Positions 20,781 through 30,486 of a stretch of 64,000 nucleotides of DNA are shown one piece after another. Made by a program: the position numbers and the translations under genes. Every line of letters starts with the position of its first letter. Position 1 is the first letter of the stretch. The notes beneath the pieces were generated by a model. It made no database searches. It saw nothing but the letters and a program-made list of their open reading frames with translations, and was not told the DNA's origin. This DNA comes from an uncultured cyanobacterium (GTDB lineage: Bacteria > Cyanobacteriota > Cyanobacteriia > Cyanobacteriales > Nostocaceae), in assembly GCA_963706595.1 (NCBI GenBank), contig OY970166.1, positions 3,744,001-3,808,000 on the forward strand. Direction: 5' to 3'.

Positions 20781-20927
20781 CAAAATGCATTTGCAAGTGA
20801 GAGTTGAGTTGCACTCTCCTCAAATGCGTTGTCAAAGAAGCTCTGTCAGCAAATATAATCTTTTCCCTACGATGCCATGTCGTAGGGAAAACTTATGTGG
20901 CCGCCAACTTTGTCCTCCTCCTTCATG

Positions 20928-21461
20928 TCAATCAGCAGATTTTAACTGTAAAGCCCTCTGTAACTCCATGAGTTCATCTCTATGGGCAATGATCGTAATT
21001 TTAGTTGCAGAGCTTAATTCCCCCTGGTTTGCTGATTCTATCTGGAAAGATACCTTTTCAAATCTTCCTGATTTTTTCCAATAAAACAGACCACTCAAAG
21101 GTGACAGTATTACTAATCCGATAAACAAAGTACCGAAGTTAGGAAAAAGCATCGATAAAACCAGCGCCAGACAGGCCATACCCCCAAATGCCAGCAGTGT
21201 TAAAAACACAGCTAAAAATAAGCTGGGTTGAACAAAACCTTCAAAAATTACTTGATTTTTTTCTCGGTCTATTGCTGCTACTTGGTAAGAACGGGAGCGA
21301 AAATACTCCTTAACTTTGGGCATTAAAGCGGCTTCATCTTGTTCAGATACCAGTTCTGCTTTTGTAATTCGGTCTTTGGTGGAAGCCCGAATAAAGAAAA
21401 ACAGACCAACTGATAACAACAAGGTGAGCAGCAAGGTAGATGGCACAATTGCAGTATCCAT
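20928..21461 (-). CDS. Cofactor assembly of complex C subunit B (CCB1-like) membrane protein
   Basis: STLLLTLLLSVGLFFFIRASTKDR, FYWKKSGR, AHRDEL. Confidence 0.8.
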   Translation of the reverse strand: MDTAIVPSTLLLTLLLSVGLFFFIRASTKDRITKAELVSEQDEAALMPKVKEYFRSRSYQVAAIDREKNQVIFEGFVQPSLFLAVFLTLLAFGGMACLALVLSMLFPNFGTLFIGLVILSPLSGLFYWKKSGRFEKVSFQIESANQGELSSATKITIIAHRDELMELQRALQLKSAD

Positions 21462-21512
21462 AACTAAATTGTTATTTTTTTTATGCGAGGAGATTTATCT
21501 AGGATCAATTAT

Positions 21513-22951
21513 TGGTCTAACCCTCCATTCCTCTCACCACCAATCTGAGTATAGATTTGGTGGTGAGAGGAATGGAGGACTAATTGTGAAACGTCCCCTG
21601 AGTAATTTTGTGCGCTGGCACAAACAACGATGGGGACAGTTGAACAATTAGCAAATATTTTGCTGGCTAATGGTTTGTGCATTGTATTTTCTGCTATACT
21701 TGGATGAATTTTGGTAAGGATGCAATGCAAACAATATCTGTAAAATGCAAGCTTCAAGTACCTATACAGTTTCGGTCTGAGATAGACCGCACTTTGCAGG
21801 GGTTTGCCGACGCTTGCAATCAGATACATGAAGTTGCAAAGCGCGAGAAATGCTGGAATACGGTAAAGCTGCATCATCTGGTGTATGCACCCGTTAAGGC
21901 GCAGACAGGCATTAAAGCTAATCACGTCTGCCAAGCTATTCGCCGTGTAATTGGTAACGCCAAGGCAGTTAAACAAGTCCATAAGTTTAGACCAACATCT
22001 ATTAATTTGGATGCCCGGACTTTTCAATACTTGGAAGAACTGCAAACTGTTGGCGTTACATTGATGTGTGGTCGAGTTAAATTCAAGTTGTTGATTGGTA
22101 ATTACCAGTTGGCATTGCTTAAAGGGCAAGTACCGACAGCAGCAACGTTGAATAAAACTAAACAAGGTGACTATTACATCAATATTTGTGTTGATCTGCC
22201 CACTAATCCCACGGGCAAGACTCCCAAGGTAATTGGTGTCGATCTTGGGAGGCGTGACATAGCCACTACTTGCAATGGTAACTCTTGGAGTGGTAAACAG
22301 ATTCAAAACACTCGTGACCGATACAGTAAGGTCAGAGCTAATGTTCAAAGCAAACGCACTAGGAGTTCTAGAAAACTGCTTAGAAGGCTCACTGGCAGAG
22401 AACAAAGGTTTCAAAAGTGGCTGAATCACAACATATCGAAACAACTTGTTCAAGAGGCAAAGCAGACTAACTCTGCTCTTGCTTTTGAAGACTTGACTAA
22501 TATCAGACAATCGCTCAATCAGCAACCCAGAAGTAAGACTGAGCGACGTAGAACTAACAATTGGGCTTTTTACCAATTGCGGATTTTTGTTGACTACAAG
22601 GCAAATATTGCTGGTGTTCCAGTGGTATTTGTTCCACCTGCTTATACAAGTCAGACTTGTAAGCGCAAAGCGCACGCTACGCGAACGCAGTGTCACCATG
22701 TACACCCAGTCAAAGGTAAATCCTATCGTTCTGGCAAGTTGTTCAAATGTGGACATTGTGCTTTTGAGCATGACGCTGATATTAACGCTGCACTTAACAT
22801 TGCAGCTTTGGGGGTTTTTGTAAATAACCCTGAAGTTCCGGGGATTGCTTGCTTGTTGTCAGGACCACTTAGCTTGTTTCCGACAGGTGGTGAAATCTGG
22901 GACAAAGCCTACTCCGCATTTGGGAAGGACAAATCGGTGTAGGTAGTTTAC
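21513..22951 (+). mobile_element. IS200/IS605-family TnpB-only element between pex and ccb1-like gene
   Basis: Left long hairpin 21522-21578, tnpB, right hairpin CCTACTCCG...CGGTGTAGG then GTAGTTTAC; boundaries approximate. Confidence 0.75.
21725..22942 (+). CDS. tnpB: RNA-guided endonuclease TnpB family protein
   Basis: RuvC motifs GVDLG, AFEDL, DADINAA; YTSQTC and CGHC zinc finger; probable start MQTISVKCKL. Confidence 0.93.
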   Translation: MQTISVKCKLQVPIQFRSEIDRTLQGFADACNQIHEVAKREKCWNTVKLHHLVYAPVKAQTGIKANHVCQAIRRVIGNAKAVKQVHKFRPTSINLDARTFQYLEELQTVGVTLMCGRVKFKLLIGNYQLALLKGQVPTAATLNKTKQGDYYINICVDLPTNPTGKTPKVIGVDLGRRDIATTCNGNSWSGKQIQNTRDRYSKVRANVQSKRTRSSRKLLRRLTGREQRFQKWLNHNISKQLVQEAKQTNSALAFEDLTNIRQSLNQQPRSKTERRRTNNWAFYQLRIFVDYKANIAGVPVVFVPPAYTSQTCKRKAHATRTQCHHVHPVKGKSYRSGKLFKCGHCAFEHDADINAALNIAALGVFVNNPEVPGIACLLSGPLSLFPTGGEIWDKAYSAFGKDKSV

Positions 22952-23298
22952 TAATTTGTTCTCCCCTTGGTGTAATCTTGCCAAAGTTGCGCTAAATGTT
23001 GTGATTGTTCTTGCCATTGTGGAGAAACTTGGTACATCCGTCTGGGGCGACCTCGCCCTTCGAGCTTCTTCCAATACCCATTAATCGCACTTTCGTCTTC
23101 GAGAAATTTAATCGCACTATAAAGTACGGTATCTGAAAGCCGATAGGTAGGGTATTCAGTTTCCAGTCGCTGGATCAACTCAGTTCCGTAGGATTCACCC
23201 TGCAATAAAATATACACAATGTAGCAAATTGCTAGTTCCTGACAGAGATAAGTTGGCGGAGGATTCTCAAAGAATTGATATATATCCTCAAGTTTCAT
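22951..23298 (-). CDS. pex: PadR-family circadian period extender
   Basis: ESYGTELI, RLSDTVLYSAIKFL, GRGRPRRMY. Confidence 0.88.
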   Translation of the reverse strand: MKLEDIYQFFENPPPTYLCQELAICYIVYILLQGESYGTELIQRLETEYPTYRLSDTVLYSAIKFLEDESAINGYWKKLEGRGRPRRMYQVSPQWQEQSQHLAQLWQDYTKGRTN

Positions 23299-23827
23299 GG
23301 TTTAGTGAATGGCTAAAAAATGCCTGGTAATAGTGGTATTTACAATCCTGGTAGACAGTATATAGTGCTACTACAAAATAAGCAGTTATATATGGCTACT
23401 TTGGCAGGGTATTCCCAGGTTAAACATTACAACAATTACCCACACGGCTAAAGTCGCGGGACGGATGTGCAAGTTTTAGGAGCGCAATATACTACGTTCC
23501 TACCCCAGTTATAGGTATTGTGGAGAGGAGCAATTAAAGCGATCGCCTGGTCAGCTTCCAGGTGTCAAGTGATGCCAAACTGGTTAGAACTGCCTAAGCA
23601 TAAAATGCCATCGAAGAAATTTTACAAGCAAAATGGCGTTTTGTCTGCAAAAGTTAATAAACACTTTGTTTTACAGTGATTATCCCAGTACAAAAGCTCA
23701 AAAATTCAGTCGTGTGAAAACTCGGCATAAACACCTATAAGCTCGTAAACACAATCAAATCAGCATTCAACACTGACACTCCATCTAGTAAATGTGATAT
23801 TAAATTTAACAAGTCCTTAGCACATTA

Positions 23828-24415
23828 GTGATCAGTATGTCAGAAAACCCCGACACCCCATCGTCTTCGTCTAATCTCCGCGCGATCGCCCAAACCTTTC
23901 GCCTCACAGGTTGGATTAGCTTTTGGATTCAGTTAGTCCTAGGAGTTGTTTCTGCCATTATTGTGCTGCTATTTGCAATATTTAGTCAGCAGCGAACCGG
24001 CACAGGCAATAATCCTGGAACTGGGTTTGGCGTATTTTTAGCAGTTTGCGGAATTTTGATTTTAGGTGGCGGCATTTATTTGGCTTACCGCTATACCAGA
24101 ATAGGTAATCAATTGCAATCCTCAAATCCCAGTAACCGCCCTCGCAAAAGTGAGACGCTGCAAGTATTACGCCTGGGACTGTGGATTAATTTAGTGGGAA
24201 TGCTAGTCACATTATTGGGTTCACAAGCGATCGTGGGGACATTGGTAGCCAGGTCGATCTCTCCCCAAGCCGCAACCACTCAATTATTTGACCCCACGCG
24301 GATTATTAGCGGTCTAGATATGCTTGTAGTCCAGGCAAACATCAACACCGTCTCAGCCCACTTCGCAGGGCTTGTCGTGTCCATTTGGCTGCTTAATCGC
24401 ATTACTAAAAATTGA
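23828..24415 (+). CDS. DUF3611 family membrane protein
   Basis: GWISFWIQLVL, ANINTVSAHFAGL. Confidence 0.8.
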   Translation: MISMSENPDTPSSSSNLRAIAQTFRLTGWISFWIQLVLGVVSAIIVLLFAIFSQQRTGTGNNPGTGFGVFLAVCGILILGGGIYLAYRYTRIGNQLQSSNPSNRPRKSETLQVLRLGLWINLVGMLVTLLGSQAIVGTLVARSISPQAATTQLFDPTRIISGLDMLVVQANINTVSAHFAGLVVSIWLLNRITKN

Positions 24416-24574
24416 AAGCTTTAGTTGGAATCAGAATTAATATAGAATTTTCTAGCTTGAGCAAGATTAGCAAAGCAAAATTGTGGGACTGGCAATTCCT
24501 GCCCTACCAAGCCAAAATCAGGATATGCTGATGTTTTGGCAAGAAGACACTAGGCAAAAAACCGAGAAAAATCT

Positions 24575-25855
24575 GTGCTGGATATTAAGCAAATACGGGA
24601 AAATCCCCAATTAATCCAAGAACGTTTGAACAGTCGTAGTGGTAAATACGACATCGAACCGATTTTACAGTTAGACAAGCAACAACGGGAACTGGAGGGG
24701 ACACGCAGTAAACTTCAAGCCCGCAGTAACGAAATTGGTAAGCTTGTAGGACAGAAGATTAAATCTGGTACTGATCCGAAATCTCCAGAAATTCAAGCCT
24801 TGCGGGACGAAGGTAACGACCTTAAAGCCCAATTAAGTGAACTGGAACCCCAAGAAAAAGCCCTCAAAGCCGAAATTGAGCAACTGGTGTTAGCACTTCC
24901 TAATTTACCCAGTGAGTTCACACCTTTTGGCACAAGTGAAAATGATAATCAAGAGGTGCGACGCTGGGGTGATGAATATCTACCTGAAAACCCGAAGATT
25001 ATTCCCCATTGGGAAATCGGGGAAAAAATGGGTATTCTCAACTTTGAGCGAGCTGTGAAAGTTGCCCAAAGTCGGTTTGTAACTCTCGTTGGTGCGGGTG
25101 CGGCTTTAGAAAGGGCATTAATTCAGTTTATGCTGAAGACGCAAACAGAAGCCGGCTATGTAGAAGTTAGTCCGCCGTTGTTAGTGAATACTGATGCTTT
25201 AACCGGAACAGGTCAGTTACCGAAGTTTGCGGAAGAAAGTTTTAAATGTGCTGATGATGAATTGTGGTTGATACCCACAGCAGAAGTTCCCGTTACCAAC
25301 CTTTACCGAGGAGAAATTTTAGCTGCGGAAGAATTACCAATTTATCACTGTGCTTATACTCCCTGTTTTCGGCGGGAAGCGGGAAGTTATGGGCGAGATA
25401 TGCGGGGTTTAATTCGTCTGCATCAATTCAATAAAGTTGAGTTAGTAAAAGTTGTTCATCCCAGTTCTTCTTTTGATGAATTGGAAAAATTAGTAGTCAA
25501 TGCCGAAGCAATTTTACAAGCTTTGAAATTACCTTATCGAGTCATTAATTTATGTACTGCTGATTTAGGTTTTGGGGCTACGAAAACCTATGATTTAGAA
25601 GTATGGTTGCCTTCTTCTGGGAAGTATCGAGAAATTTCCAGTTGTTCTAATTGTGTAGATTTTCAAGCACGCCGGGCTGATATTCGCTTTAAGGAAGCGG
25701 GTAAGAAAGGGACGCAGTTTGTCCATACTTTAAACGGTTCCGGCTTGGCTGTGGGTAGAACTATGGCAGCGATTTTGGAGAATTATCAGCAACCTGATGG
25801 GACGATTAAAGTACCAGAGGTTTTGCAGGTTTATTTGGGTAGGGAGATTTTGTAG
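24575..25855 (+). CDS. serS: Serine--tRNA ligase
   Basis: [45 protein letters not shown]. Confidence 0.99.
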   Translation: MLDIKQIRENPQLIQERLNSRSGKYDIEPILQLDKQQRELEGTRSKLQARSNEIGKLVGQKIKSGTDPKSPEIQALRDEGNDLKAQLSELEPQEKALKAEIEQLVLALPNLPSEFTPFGTSENDNQEVRRWGDEYLPENPKIIPHWEIGEKMGILNFERAVKVAQSRFVTLVGAGAALERALIQFMLKTQTEAGYVEVSPPLLVNTDALTGTGQLPKFAEESFKCADDELWLIPTAEVPVTNLYRGEILAAEELPIYHCAYTPCFRREAGSYGRDMRGLIRLHQFNKVELVKVVHPSSSFDELEKLVVNAEAILQALKLPYRVINLCTADLGFGATKTYDLEVWLPSSGKYREISSCSNCVDFQARRADIRFKEAGKKGTQFVHTLNGSGLAVGRTMAAILENYQQPDGTIKVPEVLQVYLGREIL

Positions 25856-26038
25856 TTTAGGGGTTTTTGTAGAGGCGTTTGGGGTGCGTCTCTACAGTAA
25901 ATTTACGTAAAGCATACTGAATTTATAATTAATTTATAGTATGTATGATAAATTAATTATTGATGAAGCTGTAATTGACTTACATAGCTACTTTTATCAA
26001 TACTTGATTTTGAAAATAGTATATACATGAGTAACTAA

Positions 26039-26659
26039 ATGTCTATTATAAACCTGATTGTAATTGCAGTATTTTATATTATTTACTGGATATTTTTTGG
26101 TCGTGATCTTAAAATTATTGGAATATGTATTTGGAGAGCTTTAGGTCTTTCTATCCCAACATTTATGGGAGCCATTGTAGGAATTGTTGAAATATATCAC
26201 TTTCTATTTTTATATTTAAAACTTTTAGTTAATCAAGTTCCAGACTTTTACTTTTTTCTATTTCCTGTTTTATTATTTTTATTATTATCTTTAGTTATAT
26301 ATCTAGGTTTGATAGGATTATATTTACTATTGCTGAAAATATTTTGGAGTAATCCTCCTCAATGGCTTAAGTTTAGAAATTGGCAAACAATTATTTTAGG
26401 TTTTGTTATTTCTGTATTCGCTACTTTACCTGCTGCAATAACCTATGCACCATTTCTTGCACTAATTCCCAAGAGTGAATTAATTATAGACACTTTGATG
26501 AAAAAAGGTTATGAAGCATCAGATATTATAAGTGCTATGTTTTTAATTTGGTTCTTGTTTGCAGTTGAGTTATATCATGCTGAGTATAGGTTTCGGATAT
26601 GGTATGTATCTAGAAGAAAAACAAAAAATCCATGCAGATCATCTTGTAGGGTGTGTTAA
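26039..26659 (+). CDS. AT-rich multi-pass membrane hypothetical protein
   Basis: 206-aa ORF with several hydrophobic segments. Confidence 0.65.
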   Translation: MSIINLIVIAVFYIIYWIFFGRDLKIIGICIWRALGLSIPTFMGAIVGIVEIYHFLFLYLKLLVNQVPDFYFFLFPVLLFLLLSLVIYLGLIGLYLLLLKIFWSNPPQWLKFRNWQTIILGFVISVFATLPAAITYAPFLALIPKSELIIDTLMKKGYEASDIISAMFLIWFLFAVELYHAEYRFRIWYVSRRKTKNPCRSSCRVC

Positions 26660-26728
26660 TGAAATGTAACGCACCATCTTTTATTGATATTTAATCGGTG
26701 CGTTACGCTATCGCTAACACACCCTACA
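26645..26728. repeat. GTAG-type REP doublet (REPIN-like)
   Basis: TGTAGGGTGTGTTA...TAACGCACC spacer GGTGCGTTA...TAACACACCCTACA; relatives at 29057-29088 and 36002-36081. Confidence 0.8.
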
Positions 26729-26813
26729 TTTTTTGAATGCGATATTCTCACCAGTGAGATTTCACGAAATATTCTGTAGTGAAAATTTTGCGGTTGATAC
26801 AATTTCACAACTT

Positions 26814-28109
26814 TCAATTCTGCTTTTGTGCCAAAATTACATAATCATCTAATGTATAGTGAGACTCATATTTCTGAGCCAAATATTTTTGCATCATCGG
26901 ACTCATATACAGTTGCTTAGGTAAATTTTCTCTAGCAAATTTACCAAATTTACTAGCAGAAACAGGTAGTCGAGAATCTGTAGATGTTAAATATCTATAC
27001 CAGACCAGGTTTAAACCTAAATCCGAAAGAAACTGAATAACAATATTTTTTTCCTGTTCTACATTTTTACTTTGTTGACATTTATAAAGACTAAATAATC
27101 TTTTATCCTGTATGACTAACAAAACATAACCTTGAGAACTTAAACTTTTAGTAATGATGTCTTGATAAATCCTATTAACTTGTAGTATTTGATTTTTATC
27201 GGCAAAAAAACAATGCGAAATGATAATGAAGTCAAAAAAATCATTAGGTAAATTATCCGCTTGATAATTCCAATTAAAGATGTTAGCAGTCACAAACCGA
27301 AAGTAAGCATTGATAGGGGTTATCTGCGACTCAATATATCTTCGCCAAAACTGAAGTCCTTTAAATTGGAAAGTATCTTGCTGGTCTAAAGAGTAATAGG
27401 ATATATGGATCGGGGGAATATTAAAAAACTTAAGACCACTTTTAAGAAATAAAGCTAACCCATAAGCAACTGTTCCTGGTCCTGATCCAATATCAAGAAT
27501 TTTTACCTGCGTCGGTAGTAGTCCATCCTGATAAATCAGAAACCAAGCTAAATATATACAATATACACCTTCTAAAAAATACTTCATAAAATAGACATGA
27601 GGAGTCAAACTCAAACCGTAGTTTGGGTCTTGTCCAATTTTTAATTTATGAATATCTTCTAAAGCATCTTCTAGTTTAATAGCTAACTGTTGTTCAGACA
27701 TTTTACCAAACTCTGCTTGTAGGTATTCAACCAGACTAGCTTCCAAACCATCAAATATTTCTTGGTCAATCCCAGTCACTTGTAGCTTATATTCATCATG
27801 CTGGACTAAATTAAAAGTTTCATAGATAAATTTAATAAACTTTTCGTCTGGTGCTAATGTGAGATTATCTGTTTGATGAGGCGCAGATGTTATTTGTTTA
27901 GTTAAATTTTCTATCTCCCGTTTATAATCTTGAGAATAACGCTCAATTTTTAGCTTATCCCTAAATAATTTTTCTATCCAAGAAAAACTCGCACCTGATT
28001 TCTGAATAGTTTGCAATAACTGTACTGCTTTTTTTGTATCCCCACGTTTCAAAGCCGAGTTAAATTGCTGACTACGCCACCAATTAGCAATGGGATTACT
28101 CATACCCAA
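26814..28109 (-). CDS. Hypothetical protein with class I SAM-dependent methyltransferase-like domain
   Basis: ILDIGSGPG motif I, FDFIIISHCF, GYVLLV; N-terminal helical region. Confidence 0.7.
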   Translation of the reverse strand: MGMSNPIANWWRSQQFNSALKRGDTKKAVQLLQTIQKSGASFSWIEKLFRDKLKIERYSQDYKREIENLTKQITSAPHQTDNLTLAPDEKFIKFIYETFNLVQHDEYKLQVTGIDQEIFDGLEASLVEYLQAEFGKMSEQQLAIKLEDALEDIHKLKIGQDPNYGLSLTPHVYFMKYFLEGVYCIYLAWFLIYQDGLLPTQVKILDIGSGPGTVAYGLALFLKSGLKFFNIPPIHISYYSLDQQDTFQFKGLQFWRRYIESQITPINAYFRFVTANIFNWNYQADNLPNDFFDFIIISHCFFADKNQILQVNRIYQDIITKSLSSQGYVLLVIQDKRLFSLYKCQQSKNVEQEKNIVIQFLSDLGLNLVWYRYLTSTDSRLPVSASKFGKFARENLPKQLYMSPMMQKYLAQKYESHYTLDDYVILAQKQN

Positions 28110-29034
28110 AACCCTCCTTACCTTCTTTAATTTCTACACCTGGAAGTTGATTAAATAACTTTTCTTTAAATTTGAGGTAACTAAAATTTTCCGCATTATA
28201 CCACCAATCATATTTTTGCTTAATTTCCTCAGCTTCTTGGCGAGTTGAGGCGATGAGGGAACGACGATGATTAGCATGAAAATCTTGAATTACCACTCTA
28301 TCAGCAACAGCCAATTTACTAATAAAAGCAGCTTCATCAGTGTATAGAGTAGGAAGTAAGGGAGTAATCGTAATAGATATTTTGGGGACAAACCCTTTAA
28401 AAGAGTCAATACTTTGCTTCAGTTTAATGATGGCATTTAATCTGGCTCTAACGCTAGGCGATCGCGGTTCAAAATCCCGCCGCACTGATTCACTCCCCGT
28501 CGGAATACTCATATTAATTCGCAAGCGCTGAAAACGTTGTAAATAATCAATATCTCTAGTAATAATGGGACTGCGAGTTTGAATTACTAACGTTGGTGTA
28601 GGATAACCATCATCCCTCACATCTAGCATTACCTCCAACAATCTGCGAGTCAATTGATGTCGAGATTCCAGAGGTTGATAAGGATCTGTAACACTACTCA
28701 TGTAAATTCTGGGAGGAGTTTGAGGATATTGCTTATACCATTTTTGTAATTCTTTAGTTAAAACTTCCGCAGCATTATCTTTAACAATTACCCATTTACC
28801 CCAATCGTCGCGCATCTGAGTATTCGGACTAAATGCAGCCGCATAACAATAACTACAACCATACTGACAACCCCGGTAAGGATTGAGAGTAAAATCATAA
28901 TCACCAATAAAACCGCTAGCTTTTGTCAGCAAAGACTTAGCATTTTGTCCATAAACCTGAGTATCACCGAATTTTTCTCTAACTAATTTAGTCGGCTGTA
29001 CGTCACAATAACCTTCATATTTTGCTTTTGCCAT
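28096..29034 (-). CDS. Radical SAM protein, spore-photoproduct-lyase-like family
   Basis: LNPYRGCQYGCSYCYA (CxxxCxxC), SSVTDPYQPLE, QTRSP, FEPRSPS. Confidence 0.9.
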   Translation of the reverse strand: MAKAKYEGYCDVQPTKLVREKFGDTQVYGQNAKSLLTKASGFIGDYDFTLNPYRGCQYGCSYCYAAAFSPNTQMRDDWGKWVIVKDNAAEVLTKELQKWYKQYPQTPPRIYMSSVTDPYQPLESRHQLTRRLLEVMLDVRDDGYPTPTLVIQTRSPIITRDIDYLQRFQRLRINMSIPTGSESVRRDFEPRSPSVRARLNAIIKLKQSIDSFKGFVPKISITITPLLPTLYTDEAAFISKLAVADRVVIQDFHANHRRSLIASTRQEAEEIKQKYDWWYNAENFSYLKFKEKLFNQLPGVEIKEGKEGFGYE

Positions 29035-29125
29035 TTTTAATATTGAGTATTTAATAAGGGTGCGTTAGCCTAATGCTACACACCCTACTTTATATAATGC
29101 CCATTTTTGATCGCTGAATAACGCC

Positions 29126-29338
29126 CTAATGCTGCTGTTCTAACCAAACTACCAAATCAGCAACTTCGGAAAAATCAAATAATGCTTCGCCTAAATCTTC
29201 TAAATCATCAGCAGATAAATTTCTCACCTGTATCATTAATGAATCATTAATATCACCAAAACGACGTTTCAGAAGACGACTAATCATTTTTAATGCTTGT
29301 TTTTGAACTATATCTTGATAAATTACAGACTCTTGCAT
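29126..29338 (-). CDS. Stand-alone DUF4351 domain (C-terminal part of an Rpn-like protein)
   Basis: MQESVIYQDI, LKRRFG, LEDLGEALFDF...DLVVWL. Confidence 0.8.
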   Translation of the reverse strand: MQESVIYQDIVQKQALKMISRLLKRRFGDINDSLMIQVRNLSADDLEDLGEALFDFSEVADLVVWLEQQH

Positions 29339-29425
29339 AATATCCTCGATAAAATACTAAATTGAAATTAGGAAATTTATATGTTATTATCTCAGATAAT
29401 TGACTAATTTATCACTTGATAAACT

Positions 29426-29656
29426 ATGGAAAAACTACTAAACATCCGTATTGAAAAATTACCAGAAGGTGTTTATTTAGCAACATCTGATGATTTGCAA
29501 GGGTTAGTTGCTCAAGGAAGGACTGTTGCAGAAACTTTAGAAATTGCTCGTGATGTAGCGAGAAAGTTATTAGAAGCGCAAAATCAGGATGAAGAATTAG
29601 AGTATTTGCAACCTATAACTGAGCAGTTTAACTATCCTTTAGTAGTAGGATATTAG
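29426..29656 (+). CDS. HicB-family antitoxin
   Basis: EGVYLATSDDLQGLVAQGRTVAETLEIARD. Confidence 0.85.
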   Translation: MEKLLNIRIEKLPEGVYLATSDDLQGLVAQGRTVAETLEIARDVARKLLEAQNQDEELEYLQPITEQFNYPLVVGY

Positions 29657-29663
29657 TGAATTG

Positions 29664-29888
29664 ATGGGTAGGTTATCTGGGTTTAGTTATCGAGAAATTA
29701 TTAAAATTATCAAAAAATTTGGTTTTGTTTTTTATCGTCAAGCCGCAGGAAGTCACGAAATTTGGTTTAACCCGGAAACTAATCTTTATACTACCATTCC
29801 TAATCATTCTGGTGATATGCCAGAAGGCACATTACGATCAATTTTGAAGCAAGCTGGAATTAAACCCGATGACTTTCTTGAAGGTTAA
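29664..29888 (+). CDS. HicA-family toxin
   Basis: GF...RQAAGSHEIW, TTIPNH, GTLRSILKQAGI. Confidence 0.9.
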   Translation: MGRLSGFSYREIIKIIKKFGFVFYRQAAGSHEIWFNPETNLYTTIPNHSGDMPEGTLRSILKQAGIKPDDFLEG

Positions 29889-30010
29889 ATTCTTTCAATT
29901 AATTACAATATTTATTATTTATGTTTTAAATAAAGAATTAAACGGAAATTTTACTCCTCTAAAATAACATGATAATATTTATTATATTTGAAATATTGTA
30001 ATATTGGCTA

Positions 30011-30460
30011 ATGGCAAAACTCTACTATCGTGGTATGGCAGAGCAAAATGGTAAGCCCAAAGTAGGTCGGAGTGCTAGACTATTAGGAGTTAGACTTGGC
30101 ATTGATATAAATATTGAGCAAATGCCCGTAACTTATCTGGATGAGCAAGGCTATTTGTTAGCAGAGTCAGAACGTGAGAAGTTGTGGGGAGAATTGGTTG
30201 CTGTTGCTATTAGAGATACAAAGGGAATGTCCGTTTCCCTATCCATTGACGGTTTACCAACATCTCGCAAACCTGCTAAATTTGGTGGAACTGGAAAAGA
30301 TCCCCTATGGCAAATTGATGACAGCAACATCACTGGAGATTTGCAAGCTGTTCAGGATAGCCCAACCCACGTTAGCATTTTGCCAAGAGCTACAATGTCT
30401 CTAGAAAAGTACGAATCAGCATTGGCAAACACCCAAAACGATTGGGAAAGAGTTGATTAG
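30011..30460 (+). CDS. Hypothetical protein, Tse2/ADP-ribosyltransferase-like toxin candidate
   Basis: LYYR near N-terminus, GMSVS, HVSILPRATMSLEKYESAL. Confidence 0.55.
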   Translation: MAKLYYRGMAEQNGKPKVGRSARLLGVRLGIDINIEQMPVTYLDEQGYLLAESEREKLWGELVAVAIRDTKGMSVSLSIDGLPTSRKPAKFGGTGKDPLWQIDDSNITGDLQAVQDSPTHVSILPRATMSLEKYESALANTQNDWERVD

Positions 30461-30486
30461 CACTATAAGAATAGGAGTCTATAGGC

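Noticed and set aside
21509..22771. 420-aa ORF antisense to tnpB (and 47614-48465 antisense to the second tnpB)
   Set aside because: Shadow frames of tnpB with no recognisable motifs.
26814..28109. Restriction-modification DNA methyltransferase
   Set aside because: No DPPY/NPPY or PC catalytic motif seen and no restriction nuclease partner; left as methyltransferase-like.
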